A stretch of DNA of 33,190 nt from Octopus bimaculoides (GCF_001194135.2 NC_068999.1:8216166-8249355); one strand, 5' to 3'. Shown: positions 1 through 10,567, counted from the first letter of the stretch. Made by a program: numbers and translations. The notes: generated by a model not told the origin, from the letters alone.

Positions 1-202
1 CCACTACCGCCCCATTGCACCATCATTGGATCCTTGTACTTGGAATAACAATGCTCCGACAAAAACTTCAGTGCAAATGCTTACCTGCTCCCTACTTACA
101 CCTTCTACCACCACAGCCCCCCCCCCTTTTTTAGTACATTTCCATTATTATTATTAATAGTAGTAGTAGTAGTAGTATTATTATTACTCTTATTATTAAA
201 GA

Positions 203-380
203 GTAAAGATCCCCTTCGGTCACGAATGACTATGGAATTGCACCACGAACGTTCCCCATCGAGGCACAAGTCTGGGCAAGGTTGTTTATGGGAGACCAGC
301 AGTTGCCCGTGCATACCAGCCTCCCCGCTCCGTGCCACTGATGTCATCAAAGAGAAAGGCAAAAGGGCCGATACAGCTTG
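203..380 (-). mobile_element. Probable 3' part of a SINE-type interspersed repeat
   Basis: GC-balanced block between microsatellites that resembles, from memory, a common octopus repeat. There is no second copy in the window, so support is recall only. Confidence 0.4.
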
Positions 381-684
381 GATGATGAATGAAACACCCA
401 TGTTTTCAGATGTGATTTATTCAAACTCCTAAGAATTGCTCTCGACACGTCGCCATGATGCTCCCCCACTACCCCTGCTCGTGATCAAAGATGCACATAC
501 CATCAGCTGCTAAGGGACATGCTCAACTGGTTACGGTCAAGCAGATCTGTGGTATTGAGCAGAATATTTGCTACAGCCATCATTTAAACCATGGCAGAAC
601 ATGTAACTGCTAACACTTCCAGTCAGTTAAGGTCAGAAGCCATGAGGGCCTGTGCCTGGTGTTGCGTCAAGGCATTTGTCGTCG

Positions 685-685
<1 letters not shown>

Positions 686-752
<67 letters not shown>
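686..752. repeat. Compound (CAT)n/(TAT)n microsatellite
   Basis: Directly visible; it produces the poly-Ile ORF 591..779. Confidence 0.97.
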
Positions 753-754
<2 letters not shown>

Positions 755-980
755 GGCAACGAGCTGGCAGAAACATTAGCACGCCGGGCAAAATGCTTAG
801 CGGTATTTCATCTGTTTTTACGTTCTGAGTTCAAATTCCACCAAGGTGGACTTTGCCTTTCAGCCTTTCAGGTTCGATAAATTAAGTACCAGTTGCGTAC
901 TGGAGTCGATCTAATCAACTGGCTCTCTCCCCTGAAATTTTGGGCCTTGTGCTCAGAGAAGAAAAGATTATTATTATCAT
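753..980 (+). mobile_element. SINE family A, full-length copy
   Basis: Head GAGCTGGCAGAAACATTAGC, B-box-like GAGTTCAAATTCC, central CTTTGCCTTTCA..GATAAATTAAGTACCAG block and (TTA)n tail. More than 10 homologous copies occur in the window. Confidence 0.9.
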
Positions 981-981
981 C

Positions 982-1140
982 ATTCTCTGAGTGGTTGGCA
1001 TTAGGAAGGGCATCCTGCTGTAAAAACTCTGCCAAATCAGATTGGAGCCTGGTGTAGCCATCTGGTTCACCAGTCCTCGGTCAAATCGTCCAACCCATGC
1101 CAGCATGGAAAACGGACGTTAAACCATGATGATGATGATC
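982..1140 (+). mobile_element. Family C retroposon, 5'-truncated (3' part only)
   Basis: Near-identical to 3249-3401; ends CCATGCCAGCATGGAAAACGGACGTTAAAC(CAT/GAT)n. Confidence 0.88.
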
Positions 1141-1481
1141 ATCATTATTATTTTTGGTTTCAAATTTTAGTACAAGGCCAGCAACATTATCATACATTAT
1201 ATAACGTGATATTAATTATGAATCACTTTTAATCCTTGTAGTACTTTTGATGTATATGCTTCTTGCTGCAACCACAAAATTCTAGTTGCAATTTTGGTTT
1301 GGTGCATTTCGGTATAATTTTGTTTTATTGATTTAAAAAATTTATTGTATTTTTTGTTTTGATATTTAAAATCTTTTTTTTTTTTGTTCAGTTTAATTTT
1401 TGTTTCTCTTTGTTTTCCTGTAGTCTATTGATTTTTAATTCCTGTCTAGCATTGTCTTACTAGAACACGAGATTCTTTTGT

Positions 1482-1486
<5 letters not shown>

Positions 1487-1524
<38 letters not shown>

Positions 1525-1611
1525 GAGTTCGCGTGTGTATGAAATGATATAGTTTACATATAGTGTAAATGCTGTGCGTATCTGTATATGTGGGTGTGTT
1601 TGTATATACAC

Positions 1612-1675
<64 letters not shown>

Positions 1676-2022
1676 ATGTATATATGTGTGTATACAAATG
1701 TATATGTATATATATGTATATATATATATATATAAGCATATATATATAGGCATATATATGTATATATATATGTATATATATGCATATATATGCATTGATA
1801 TGCATATATATGCATTGATATGTATATATGCATTGATATGTATATATATATTATATATATGTATATATATTATATATATGTATATATATTATATATATGT
1901 ATATATATTATATATATGTATATATATTATATATATGCATATATATATATATATATATGCATATGTCTATGCATATATGTGTATATATATCTATATATCT
2001 GTCACATATGTATAAATGTGTG

Positions 2023-2055
<33 letters not shown>

Positions 2056-2160
2056 CTTTCTGTTATGTATGTGTATATGTATATATTTGTGTATGTGCGT
2101 GTGTGTGCATCTATATATGTTATACACACACACACACACACAGGCACACACACACAAAAT
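1487..2160. repeat. Complex (AC)n/(TA)n/(TG)n microsatellite field
   Basis: Directly visible; source of the YI/HT/CV pseudo-ORFs. Confidence 0.95.
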
Positions 2161-2548
2161 GTGTACTTGTGTATATATGGTACATTTATATATAATGCCA
2201 TAACTGATGTGTGTATGCAAACATGCAGTTAGACATAAAGCTTTTGTGAAACTCCTGTCTGTTATCAGATTTTCCATCACAAATTTTGGATTTACTAGTT
2301 TTGCTAGTATACTAGAAACTAACATTAAAAACCAAAAAATGTAGGTAGAAAAAAAATAGTAAAAGACAGTAAATAAAAAATAAAAATCAATGATGTCTTT
2401 TTTAGCAAATACTTCTTAGAAAAATTGAAAATTTTGTATATCTTTTCAGTTATTTCATTTTATCTGCTTTTGACGAAAACTCTAGTTTGATTTGAAGTGT
2501 AATTTTTCTTAATACTATCGTTTCTTGAAGCTGACATCTTACTGTTCA

Positions 2549-2579
<31 letters not shown>

Positions 2580-2606
2580 GTTATTATTATTATTATTATT
2601 ATTATC

Positions 2607-2838
2607 AAGGTCGGTGAGCTGGCAGAATCATTAGCATGCCAGGCAAAATGCATAGCGATATTTCGCCCATCGCTACACCCTGAGTTCAAATTCCACTGAG
2701 GTCAACTTTGCTTTCATCCTTTCGGGGTTGATAAATTAAGTACCAGTTATACACTGGGGTCGAGGTAATTGACTTAATCATTTTCTCCAAATTTGGAGCT
2801 TTGTGCTTCCAGTAGAAAGGATTATCATTATTATTATT
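2607..2838 (+). mobile_element. SINE family A, full-length copy, followed by a second truncated head (2839-2900)
   Basis: Same blocks as 753-980; preceded by (TTA)n at 2551-2605. Confidence 0.88.
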
Positions 2839-2939
2839 AAGGGTCAGCGAGCTGGCAGAATAATTTGCACGTCTGGCAAAATGCTTAGTGGTGTACTGGC
2901 AACCCATCCAGGTGGAGTATTCATATTCCATAAAAAATC

Positions 2940-3401
2940 GAAATTGAATTAAATTCGATGACTGGCACCCATGCCAACGTCGTCTCCTTCATTGGACATG
3001 AAACTCGGCTTGCAAAGACCTGTTGGGGCAAGCGAAAGCGAAACCGTGATGCCACCTGTGCCCAGCGGCGCCTTCCTGGCACTTGTGCCTGTAGCACGTG
3101 TAAAGACATTCAAGCGGGATCGTTGCCAGTACCGCTGGTCTGGCTCCTGTGCAGGTGGCACGTAAAATACACCATTTTGAGTGTGGCCGTTGCCAGTACC
3201 GCCTGACTGGCCTTCGTGCCGGTGGTACGTAAAAGCACCCACTACACTCTCGGAGTGGTTGGCATTAGGAAGGGCATCCAGCTGTAGAAACTCTACCAAA
3301 TCAGATTGGAGCCTGGTGTAGCCATCTGGTTCACCAGTCCTCGGTCAAATCGTCCAACCCATGCTAGCATGGAAAGCGGACGTTAAACGATGATGATGAT
3401 G
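2940..3401 (+). mobile_element. Family C retroposon, longest copy, with three internal ~65-bp repeats and a (GAT)n tail
   Basis: Units CTGGC...GTGCC/AGGTGGCACGTAAAA start at about 3076, 3140 and 3207. The 3' palindrome CCATGCTAGCATGG is at 3359-3372. Homologous to 23345-23698 and 12798-13075. Confidence 0.9.
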
Positions 3402-3944
3402 AAAAACCAGGAAACTGGCTCTTACGAGTCAGCATGAATTGAGAAGGTAATCTACCTTTTATTGATGTGGTCAACCCTACCCCCCAAAAATTTTAGAGAA
3501 GTAGTCTACCTTCTATGATTTACCCATAATGCTTTATAAATTTCTCTTTTCTTTTTTTCCCTTTTCTGTCTTTCCATGCCTATGTTCCTTAAATTTGTCG
3601 TGTCACTTTGTGACAACCAATCAAAAACTGAAAGCTCTTTCATTTACCTAACTGAACAGAGACACTTGCTGCTATTTCTAGCCGGCAGACTGTGTAGTCG
3701 TAGGCATATACAGCAAATAGACAGTAATGCCGCGGCTTTGATCGTAGATCTGCTCCATTGGAGCTGATCTGAGGATAAGTAATAAGGAATCAAAGATAAT
3801 TCCAAGTTGTATTCTTGAATATTTCATGAAACCATTAATCCATGGACACGTTTTAGCTTACCTGGAATTTTAGTTGGAGTGTAGCTGGAGTTTAGCTTGA
3901 GTTTTTAACACGTTCTTGATTTGAAGGTACAAGAAAAGTGGATG

Positions 3945-4070
3945 TACTTCTTTCAGTTTCCCCTTTACCAAATCCACTGATAAGGTTTTGGTTAACCCAG
4001 GTGTATTGTAGAAGACAATTAGCCAAGGAACCACAAAGTGAAAATGAACCTGAAAAATGTGGTTTGCCAA
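3945..4070 (-). mobile_element. SINE family B head, diverged
   Basis: Reverse complement aligns by eye to 4203-4360. Confidence 0.7.
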
Positions 4071-4202
4071 AAAAATGAAAAATAAAAAAAATAAGGGCTA
4101 TCTATGCTGCTTTTTCTCATTCCACTGGCAGCATCAAGGCCATCAAATGACTTGCAAGGCAGAAAAACAGAAAAAGTACTTCTATCAAAGGGATAACAAA
4201 AC

Positions 4203-4585
4203 AAGGAATGGCTGTGTGGTAAGTAGCTGACTTACCAACCACATGGTTCCGGGTTCAGTCCTACTGCATGGCACCTTGGCCAAATGTCTTCTACTATAGC
4301 CTTGGGCTGACCGAAGCCTTGTGAGTGGATTTGGTTGACAGAAACTGAAAGAAGCCTGTCATATATGTGTGTGTGTTTGTGTTTGTCCCCCCACCTCCAT
4401 CACTTGACAACTGATGCTTGTGCGTTTATGTTTCCCGTAACTTAGCGGTTCGACAAAAGAGACCGATAGAATAAGTACTATGCTTACAAAGAATAAGTCC
4501 TGGGGCGGTCGATTTGCTCGACACTAAAGGCGGTGCTCCAGCATGGCCGCAGTCAAAATGACCGAAACGAGTAAAAGAATAAAAA
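4203..4585 (+). mobile_element. SINE family B, full-length: tRNA-like head, internal (TG)n, 3' module
   Basis: A-box TGGCTGTGTGG at 4209-4219 and B-box GGTTCAGTCC at 4252-4261. The 3' module ends CAGCATGGCCGCAGTCAAAATGACCGAAACGAGTAAAAGA. Multiple copies occur in the window. Confidence 0.9.
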
Positions 4586-5090
4586 GAAAACAAAAAAAAA
4601 GAAAAGACAGACCTGAAATTGCTGTTGTTATTTTGGTTGCTTTTAATCTTCGTTTTACAAAACCGATTCCCTTATTGCCGTCTCTTCTGTTAGACATTTT
4701 CAAGAATACATATAACGCTGTGTACAAATGAATAAATGAACAATCATATTAGGCATATCTAATTGCAATATCCACACATTGTCTTTATGTTTAAAACCTG
4801 CGTTTACGTAACAAAGTAATGAAACCTGGAGCAGTTTATGACAACAGGATAGAGAGAGAGAAAGAGAGAGAGAAGCTCTTTATTTGCCATATCTGCTCCT
4901 ATTAATTTTTCACATTTCTCTGTGGAAGTATTGCTTTGTTGTTCTTCTGTAGTTAATGCCTGCCACCAGCCTCGCTCTCCAGGGACAGACATTTACACAA
5001 TTTGCTTTGCAAATGTGTAGCACAATTACTGCGATGCATCTATTAATTCACTGCTTTACTTACTTGGAACTAATACATAATATATATATA

Positions 5091-5149
<59 letters not shown>

Positions 5150-5368
5150 NNNNNNNNNNNNNNNNNNNNNNNNNNNNNNNNNNNNNNNNNNNNNNNNNNN
5201 NNNNNNNNNNNNNNNNNNNNNNNNNNNNNNNNNNNNNNNNNNNNNNNNNNNNNNNNNNNNNNNNNNNNNNNNNNNNNNNNNNNNNNNNNNNNNNNNNNNN
5301 NNNNNNNNNNNNNNNNNNNNNNNNNNNNNNNNNNNNNNNNNNNNNNNNNNNNNNNNNNNNNNNNNNNN
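5150..5368. other. Assembly gap (N run). Further gaps: 7136-7367, 11862-12265, 15342-15629, 18283-18748, 26892-27145, 30257-30734
   Basis: N runs are directly visible; several abut (TA)n tracts or SINEs. Confidence 0.99.
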
Positions 5369-5526
5369 CAATGATGGAAAGAAATGTACTTGCCCTTTAC
5401 TGATGCAGTGGTCCCTCTCTGCCCCCCCCACTCTCTCTCTCTTTCTCTCTCTCACTCTCAGGATGTTGTACTGGGTCTAGAGTGAGAGAACTGAGAGAGT
5501 ATTCATGTTTGGACAGAACTTTATGA

Positions 5527-5623
5527 GTACCTAATGAAAGCAGGGTACCTAATGAAAGCAGGGTACCTAATGAAAGCAGGGTACCTAATGAAAGCAGGGT
5601 GCCTAATGAAAGCAGGGTGCCTG
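5527..5623 (+). repeat. 18-bp minisatellite GTACCTAATGAAAGCAGG, 5 copies plus a partial unit
   Basis: Four identical units, a fifth with A>G (GTGCC), then partial GTGCCTG. Confidence 0.97.
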
Positions 5624-6599
5624 CTGATATGAAGTTACTCTCAAGTGTGTGGCTGCTGTAGCTTTATATGTAGTAAGGCTCAGTCATGGCTGTGATTAAG
5701 CAATTTTTTTTTTCTTTTCAACCACATGGTTTTGTGTTTAGTCCCCTTCCATGGCACCTTGGGCCAACTAAAGGATTAAGGATTGTAGGTCAGTGGCAAA
5801 GCAGTAAAAAAAAATCAGCCATGAGGTGGTCAGATGATGGCATTGGCTGCGGTGGTGAACATCTTTAATTCCTTGTCTATCATTTATTCATGCAGTTATT
5901 TGTCACACAAGTGTAAGTTTGTTTTGAATATTGAAGTCATGAACTGGAAATCAGTATATGTGTATGTATGTGTGTTATTGCAAGAGTGTGTGTGTTGTGT
6001 GTGTGTGTGTGTGTGTGTGTAGGTATGATTGCAAGTGTGTGTCTGTGAGTGTGTAGGTGTGATTACGAGTGAGTTACTGTGTGATTCTGCATGTATGTGT
6101 GTGTGTTGAGTTGGTGAGTGATTTTGTGTTTCTTTGTGTGTGTGTATTTCTGCTGAGGTCAACTTTACCTTTCATCCTTTCAGGGTGAATAAAATAAGAG
6201 ACACCTGTCTCTGCTTCACTCTCTCTCTCTGTCTCTGCCAATCTCACTCTTGCTGTACTCATGCATACATTTACGCACACCCGCACATACATATCTATAA
6301 ATGTCTTTTCCTTTCTCTCTCTCTTTTTGTGTGTGTGTGTGTGTACATAAACACACATGCATGTATGTATAAACTCTTGTACAGTCAGTCAGTGCAGGTG
6401 GACTCCTTTGGTTATCGTTCGCAGTAGATAAGGTATTGGCCCACCGTATCGTGTTGTGTGTGCCCTATCATCTCCAAGTTATGAGATTGCTTTATTTCCA
6501 CATTGCCATAGTTCACCTGGCTGACGGGGAGTCGTACAGACAGCAGGTTATCTGAGAACAATAAGTCTGCCTGAGTTTTAAAATATCTCTGTGTGTGTA

Positions 6600-6815
6600 A
6601 ACATCATGTTTTTAGTATTCGCTTTCCCATCCTTGCACGGATCAGCTGCAATTTGTTGAGGCAGATTTTCAAAGAGCTTTGATGCCTTTCCTGTTGTTAA
6701 CCCTCGCCTGTTTTCATGCATGGCCGGACATATTTTCATTGCAGATTGGAAACAAATGAAACTGTTTATATGATTGTGACACTTGTTTACAAGTATTGCA
6801 TGATAGCAGAACACA
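6600..6815 (-). mobile_element. Family E retroposon, diverged
   Basis: Shares the TTGAGGCAGATTTTC...AACCCTC.CCTGTT...GATTGGAAACAAA blocks with 8426-8670. Confidence 0.7.
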
Positions 6816-6854
6816 GACACTTGCATACACATAGTGCACACACCCATATGTACA

Positions 6855-6886
<32 letters not shown>

Positions 6887-6888
<2 letters not shown>

Positions 6889-7135
6889 AGGCGCAATGGC
6901 ACAGTGGTTAGGGCAGCGGACTTGCGGTCATAGGATCGCAGTTTCGATTCCCAGACTGGGCGTTGTGAGTGTTTATTGAGCGAATACACTTAAAGCTCCA
7001 CGAGGCTCCGGCAGGGGATTGTGGCGAACCCTGCTGTACTCTTCCCCCACAACTTTCTCTCACGCTTACTTCCTGTTTCTGTTGTGCCTGTAATTGAAAG
7101 GGTCAGCCTTGTCACACTCTGTGTCACGCTGAATA
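6887..7135 (+). mobile_element. SINE family D (tRNA-derived), cut by a gap
   Basis: A-box TGGCACAGTGG at 6897-6907 and B-box-like GTTTCGATTCC at 6941-6951. The block GCCTTGTCACACTCTGTGTCACGCTGAAT matches about 10727-10756. Confidence 0.8.
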
Positions 7136-7576
7136 NNNNNNNNNNNNNNNNNNNNNNNNNNNNNNNNNNNNNNNNNNNNNNNNNNNNNNNNNNNNNNNNN
7201 NNNNNNNNNNNNNNNNNNNNNNNNNNNNNNNNNNNNNNNNNNNNNNNNNNNNNNNNNNNNNNNNNNNNNNNNNNNNNNNNNNNNNNNNNNNNNNNNNNNN
7301 NNNNNNNNNNNNNNNNNNNNNNNNNNNNNNNNNNNNNNNNNNNNNNNNNNNNNNNNNNNNNNNNNNNTGTGCTTGTGTTTCCTTGTCATTGCACAGTAGT
7401 TGCAAATGTAAGCCATTGTCACACAAAGTATTGTCATTCATTTCCAGTATTCTGCAAAAACATGTTTGGCTTTGGAGAAATACAGTCTCGCTTGGAAACA
7501 GGTGAGGATTGGCATCAAGAAGGCCATCCAAGCATAGTTAACTTGATTCAGTATACTTTGTCTAAGTAAGCATCAT

Positions 7577-7644
<68 letters not shown>

Positions 7645-8029
7645 TTCATACATATATACACACACACACACACGCATATTCATACATATAAATATATATA
7701 TATATACACACACATATATATGCCCTACTCTTCAAAACGCCGGTGTTAAAATGGGGGTAGCTGATGAAGAAAAATGTTCTGTATGTGACCTGTGTGTTTT
7801 CTGTACACTGGTTATTATTATTTTCTTGTCTACGTTTTGTTTGCAATGTCCGGTACTCAGATATGCACTTATATATACAGGTAGACATAGGTATGCACAT
7901 ACCTGTACGTAATATATGCATATACTCGTTTATTATTTGTTATACACACATATACATGTTTATACATAAACATGTTGTCCCACCCATGCTAGCATGGAAG
8001 GTGGACGTTAAACAATGATGATGATGCAC

Positions 8030-8185
8030 ACATACGATGCGCTTCTTTCAGTTTCAGTTCACCAAATTCTCTGAAAGAGTGTTAATCACCAAGGCGCTAT
8101 GGCAGAAGACACTCGGTCAAGGTGCTGTTCAGTTGAACTGAACTCATAACCATGCGGCTGAGAAGCGAGTTCGACCACACCGACA
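8030..8185 (-). mobile_element. SINE family B head, diverged; preceded by an isolated family C tail (7977-8025)
   Basis: CTTCTTTCAGTTTC...CAGAAGACAC..GTCAAGGTGC matches the reverse complement of the B head. The C tail contains CCATGCTAGCATGG at 7984-7997. Confidence 0.7.
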
Positions 8186-8425
8186 TGCCTGTATCTATGA
8201 TCAAAAGTAACTAAAATGGTAAACATCTGCTGTTTATACAATCTGGCAGACGGCAGATGTCTGTACACTGCACAAACAACGTTGTTTATGCAATCTGGCA
8301 GGTTGCAGAAGTCTAAAGACTGCTGAACTGAGATTAAGCCAAATCAATGCGACAAGATTGTATCTTCGTTTAGTGATTGTACAACAGAAAGCAGAATGTG
8401 TAACAATGAAATCTTCACTGCCGCC

Positions 8426-8670
8426 ATCATTTTAGCGTCGTCTTTTCCGTGCTTGCTTGGGTCAGACGGAATTCATTGAGGCAGATTTTCTTACGACTGG
8501 GTGCTCTTTCTATCACTAACCCTCACCTGTTTCCAAGCAGGGCAGGGTAATATTTCCCCCTGGCTGGACATGTCTCTTGCAGAAGATTGGAAACAAACGA
8601 CCCTGCTTATATGACGGTAACACTCTACAACTTACGGCTATCACATGATGTCAAGAGAAGGTAACATGCA
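8426..8670 (-). mobile_element. Family E retroposon. Other pieces at about 7440-7545(+), 11420-11600(+), 16148-16210(-), 21819-21888(-), 24930-25110(-)
   Basis: Recurrent GGAAACAGGTGAGG.TTGG...AAAATCTGCCTCAA block and a 3' tail related to family C (ACCCA.GC..GCA.GGAAAA..GAC.TTAAAATGATG). Confidence 0.75.
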
Positions 8671-8691
8671 CACACATGTGGTAGGCTTTTT

Positions 8692-8793
8692 TTTTAGTAC
8701 TAGGCTCACAAAGAATAAGTCCTGGGGTCAATTTGCTTGACTAAAGGTGGTGCTCCAGCATGGCCGCAATCACAATGACTGAAACAAGTAAAA

Positions 8794-8800
<7 letters not shown>
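8692..8800 (+). mobile_element. SINE family B 3' module only. A second, diverged one lies at about 8930-9140
   Basis: Matches 4475-4580; followed by a long (TA)n. Confidence 0.85.
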
Positions 8801-8850
<50 letters not shown>

Positions 8851-10304
8851 AACTCACTTGCATACATACATGTTAATCCTTTCTATTGGAAGCACAAGGC
8901 CTACGTATAGATGTTGTGTGAGTTCTCGTGCTTGTTTCTGTTCCCTCACACTTCTTGACAACTGGTCTTGGTTTGTTTACATCCCTCCATAACTTAACAG
9001 ATGGCAAAAAGGATCAATAAAATGTCAAAAAGACTTTAAAAAAAAAGAAATATCACTGGGGGTGGGATTTGAGTTGAGTCCCTTCACGGTGGTGTCCCAG
9101 CATGGCCACAGTTCAATAACTGAAACGAGTAAAAGAAAAGTTAAGATAAATCTGGTCTGGTCTTGCTAATTAATTAATAATTAATAACCAGTTCAGTTTC
9201 AAAATGGGGAGAAAAAAAAAAAGAAAAGTAAAGAAAGACATGAGATATTGAGACGTAGTACTCACCAGGATTTGAACCCAGAACGTAAAAATACGTAAAC
9301 ATGTAACTCTGGTTTGCCATAACACATGGCAGCTTTGATAAACAAAGGCAAAAACAGAATTCTATTTTTCATTAGGAATAGATCTGGTGTGGTCTGGCTA
9401 ATTAACCAATAATCAGTAATCGCTTCAGTTTAACGAAAAGAAAAAAAAACAGAAACACAGGTGTGATTGATTTAGTCACACCTGTTCAGAAAAATGATTC
9501 TAAACAACTGTAATACATGCAGTTGAGCAACAATATTTTTATTTATATATTTTTTTGCTTTTTTTTTTCCTACTTTTACGCTTTAACGTGGTTGGGAAGT
9601 GGGCTAAACGTCCATGCGACTGAGGGTTTGTTTTTGCTATGTGAACACTATTGACTGATGTCTTGTTTTATAACCAGGGGTTGACCAATGTGTTTTGAGT
9701 AAAATTTAGTTGACTAGAAGCCCTTTATGTTACACACACATATGCATATATGTATATATATATATTTGTTAACGGTTATTTTTAATACTTTTCTCGCTGG
9801 ATTGTTTGTTCGTTTCTCTTTTTGCCATCTGTGATTTTATTTTTGATCTTCTACATAAATGAAGATATTTCCTCTGTCTGGCTGCTTTTCTTTCTACAAA
9901 ATGAGAAGTTGCATTGCGGAACTTATTTTAACGAGTTGTATACATTTATCACCCGATGAGATACATCTGCACCACTGGATGCTCCTGAACCAGTTGTTGA
10001 GTGTCCCACCCATAAGGGATCAATGCAAGATGTCGAGACAATTGTCAGGATTAATAATAAATTCTCATATATTCCATCTTCCATCTTTCATTTGCCATAT
10101 ATATATTGAAAAGGTTGCAAGACGCAACGAAAATTTTAGGAAAATAAAAATAAGAAATAGGTGGAAATTTTACCGGTAAGTGTGTTAAATTTTGAGGCAC
10201 AATAAGAAAATGACTCTCCCCAGACACAACAGAATATGCTTCAACCACGAAATCACATAAAAAATCTTGCAAACCAAATCCCAAACGAAATATATATATG
10301 TATT

Positions 10305-10530
10305 TGTTTACTAGTTTCGGTCATTTGACTGCAGCCATGCTGGAGCACCGCCTTAAAGGGGTTTTCAGTTGAAGAAATCAACCCCTGGACTTATTCTTTG
10401 TAAGCCTAGTATTTATTCCATTGGTCTCTTTTGCCGAACCACTAAGTTACAGGGACATAAACTCATCAACATCAGTTCTTAAGCGATGGTTTTGGAGGGG
10501 GACAAACATAGACACAGTCACACACACATA
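10305..10530 (-). mobile_element. SINE family B 3' module
   Basis: Reverse complement of 4386-4580. Confidence 0.85.
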
Positions 10531-10567
10531 AATATATACATATATATATATGTGTGTGTGTGTATAT

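Noticed and set aside
1435-2325. Overlapping 80-150 aa ORFs rich in YI/HT/CV (also 17158-17829, 21102-21691, 32230-32672)
   Set aside because: They are translations of dinucleotide microsatellites, which lack stops in several frames.
2949-3299. Similar ORFs recurring at 2949, 12880 and 23247 (QNGVFYVPPAQEP), suggestive of a gene family
   Set aside because: These are copies of non-coding family C; frames and stops are not conserved between copies.
5527-5623. Regular direct repeats as a possible CRISPR array (also 20666-20734)
   Set aside because: There are no spacers, the units are contiguous, and the context is eukaryotic.
6375-6555. Plus-strand frame containing VLAHRIVL, resembling the BTB-domain AHRxVL motif
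   Set aside because: The flanking BTB residues are absent, there is no splice or start context, and the match is too short.
6887-6960. tRNA gene-like A and B boxes (also 4203-4265 and 10568-10635)
   Set aside because: No complete cloverleaf or acceptor stem is evident, and each continues into a SINE body.
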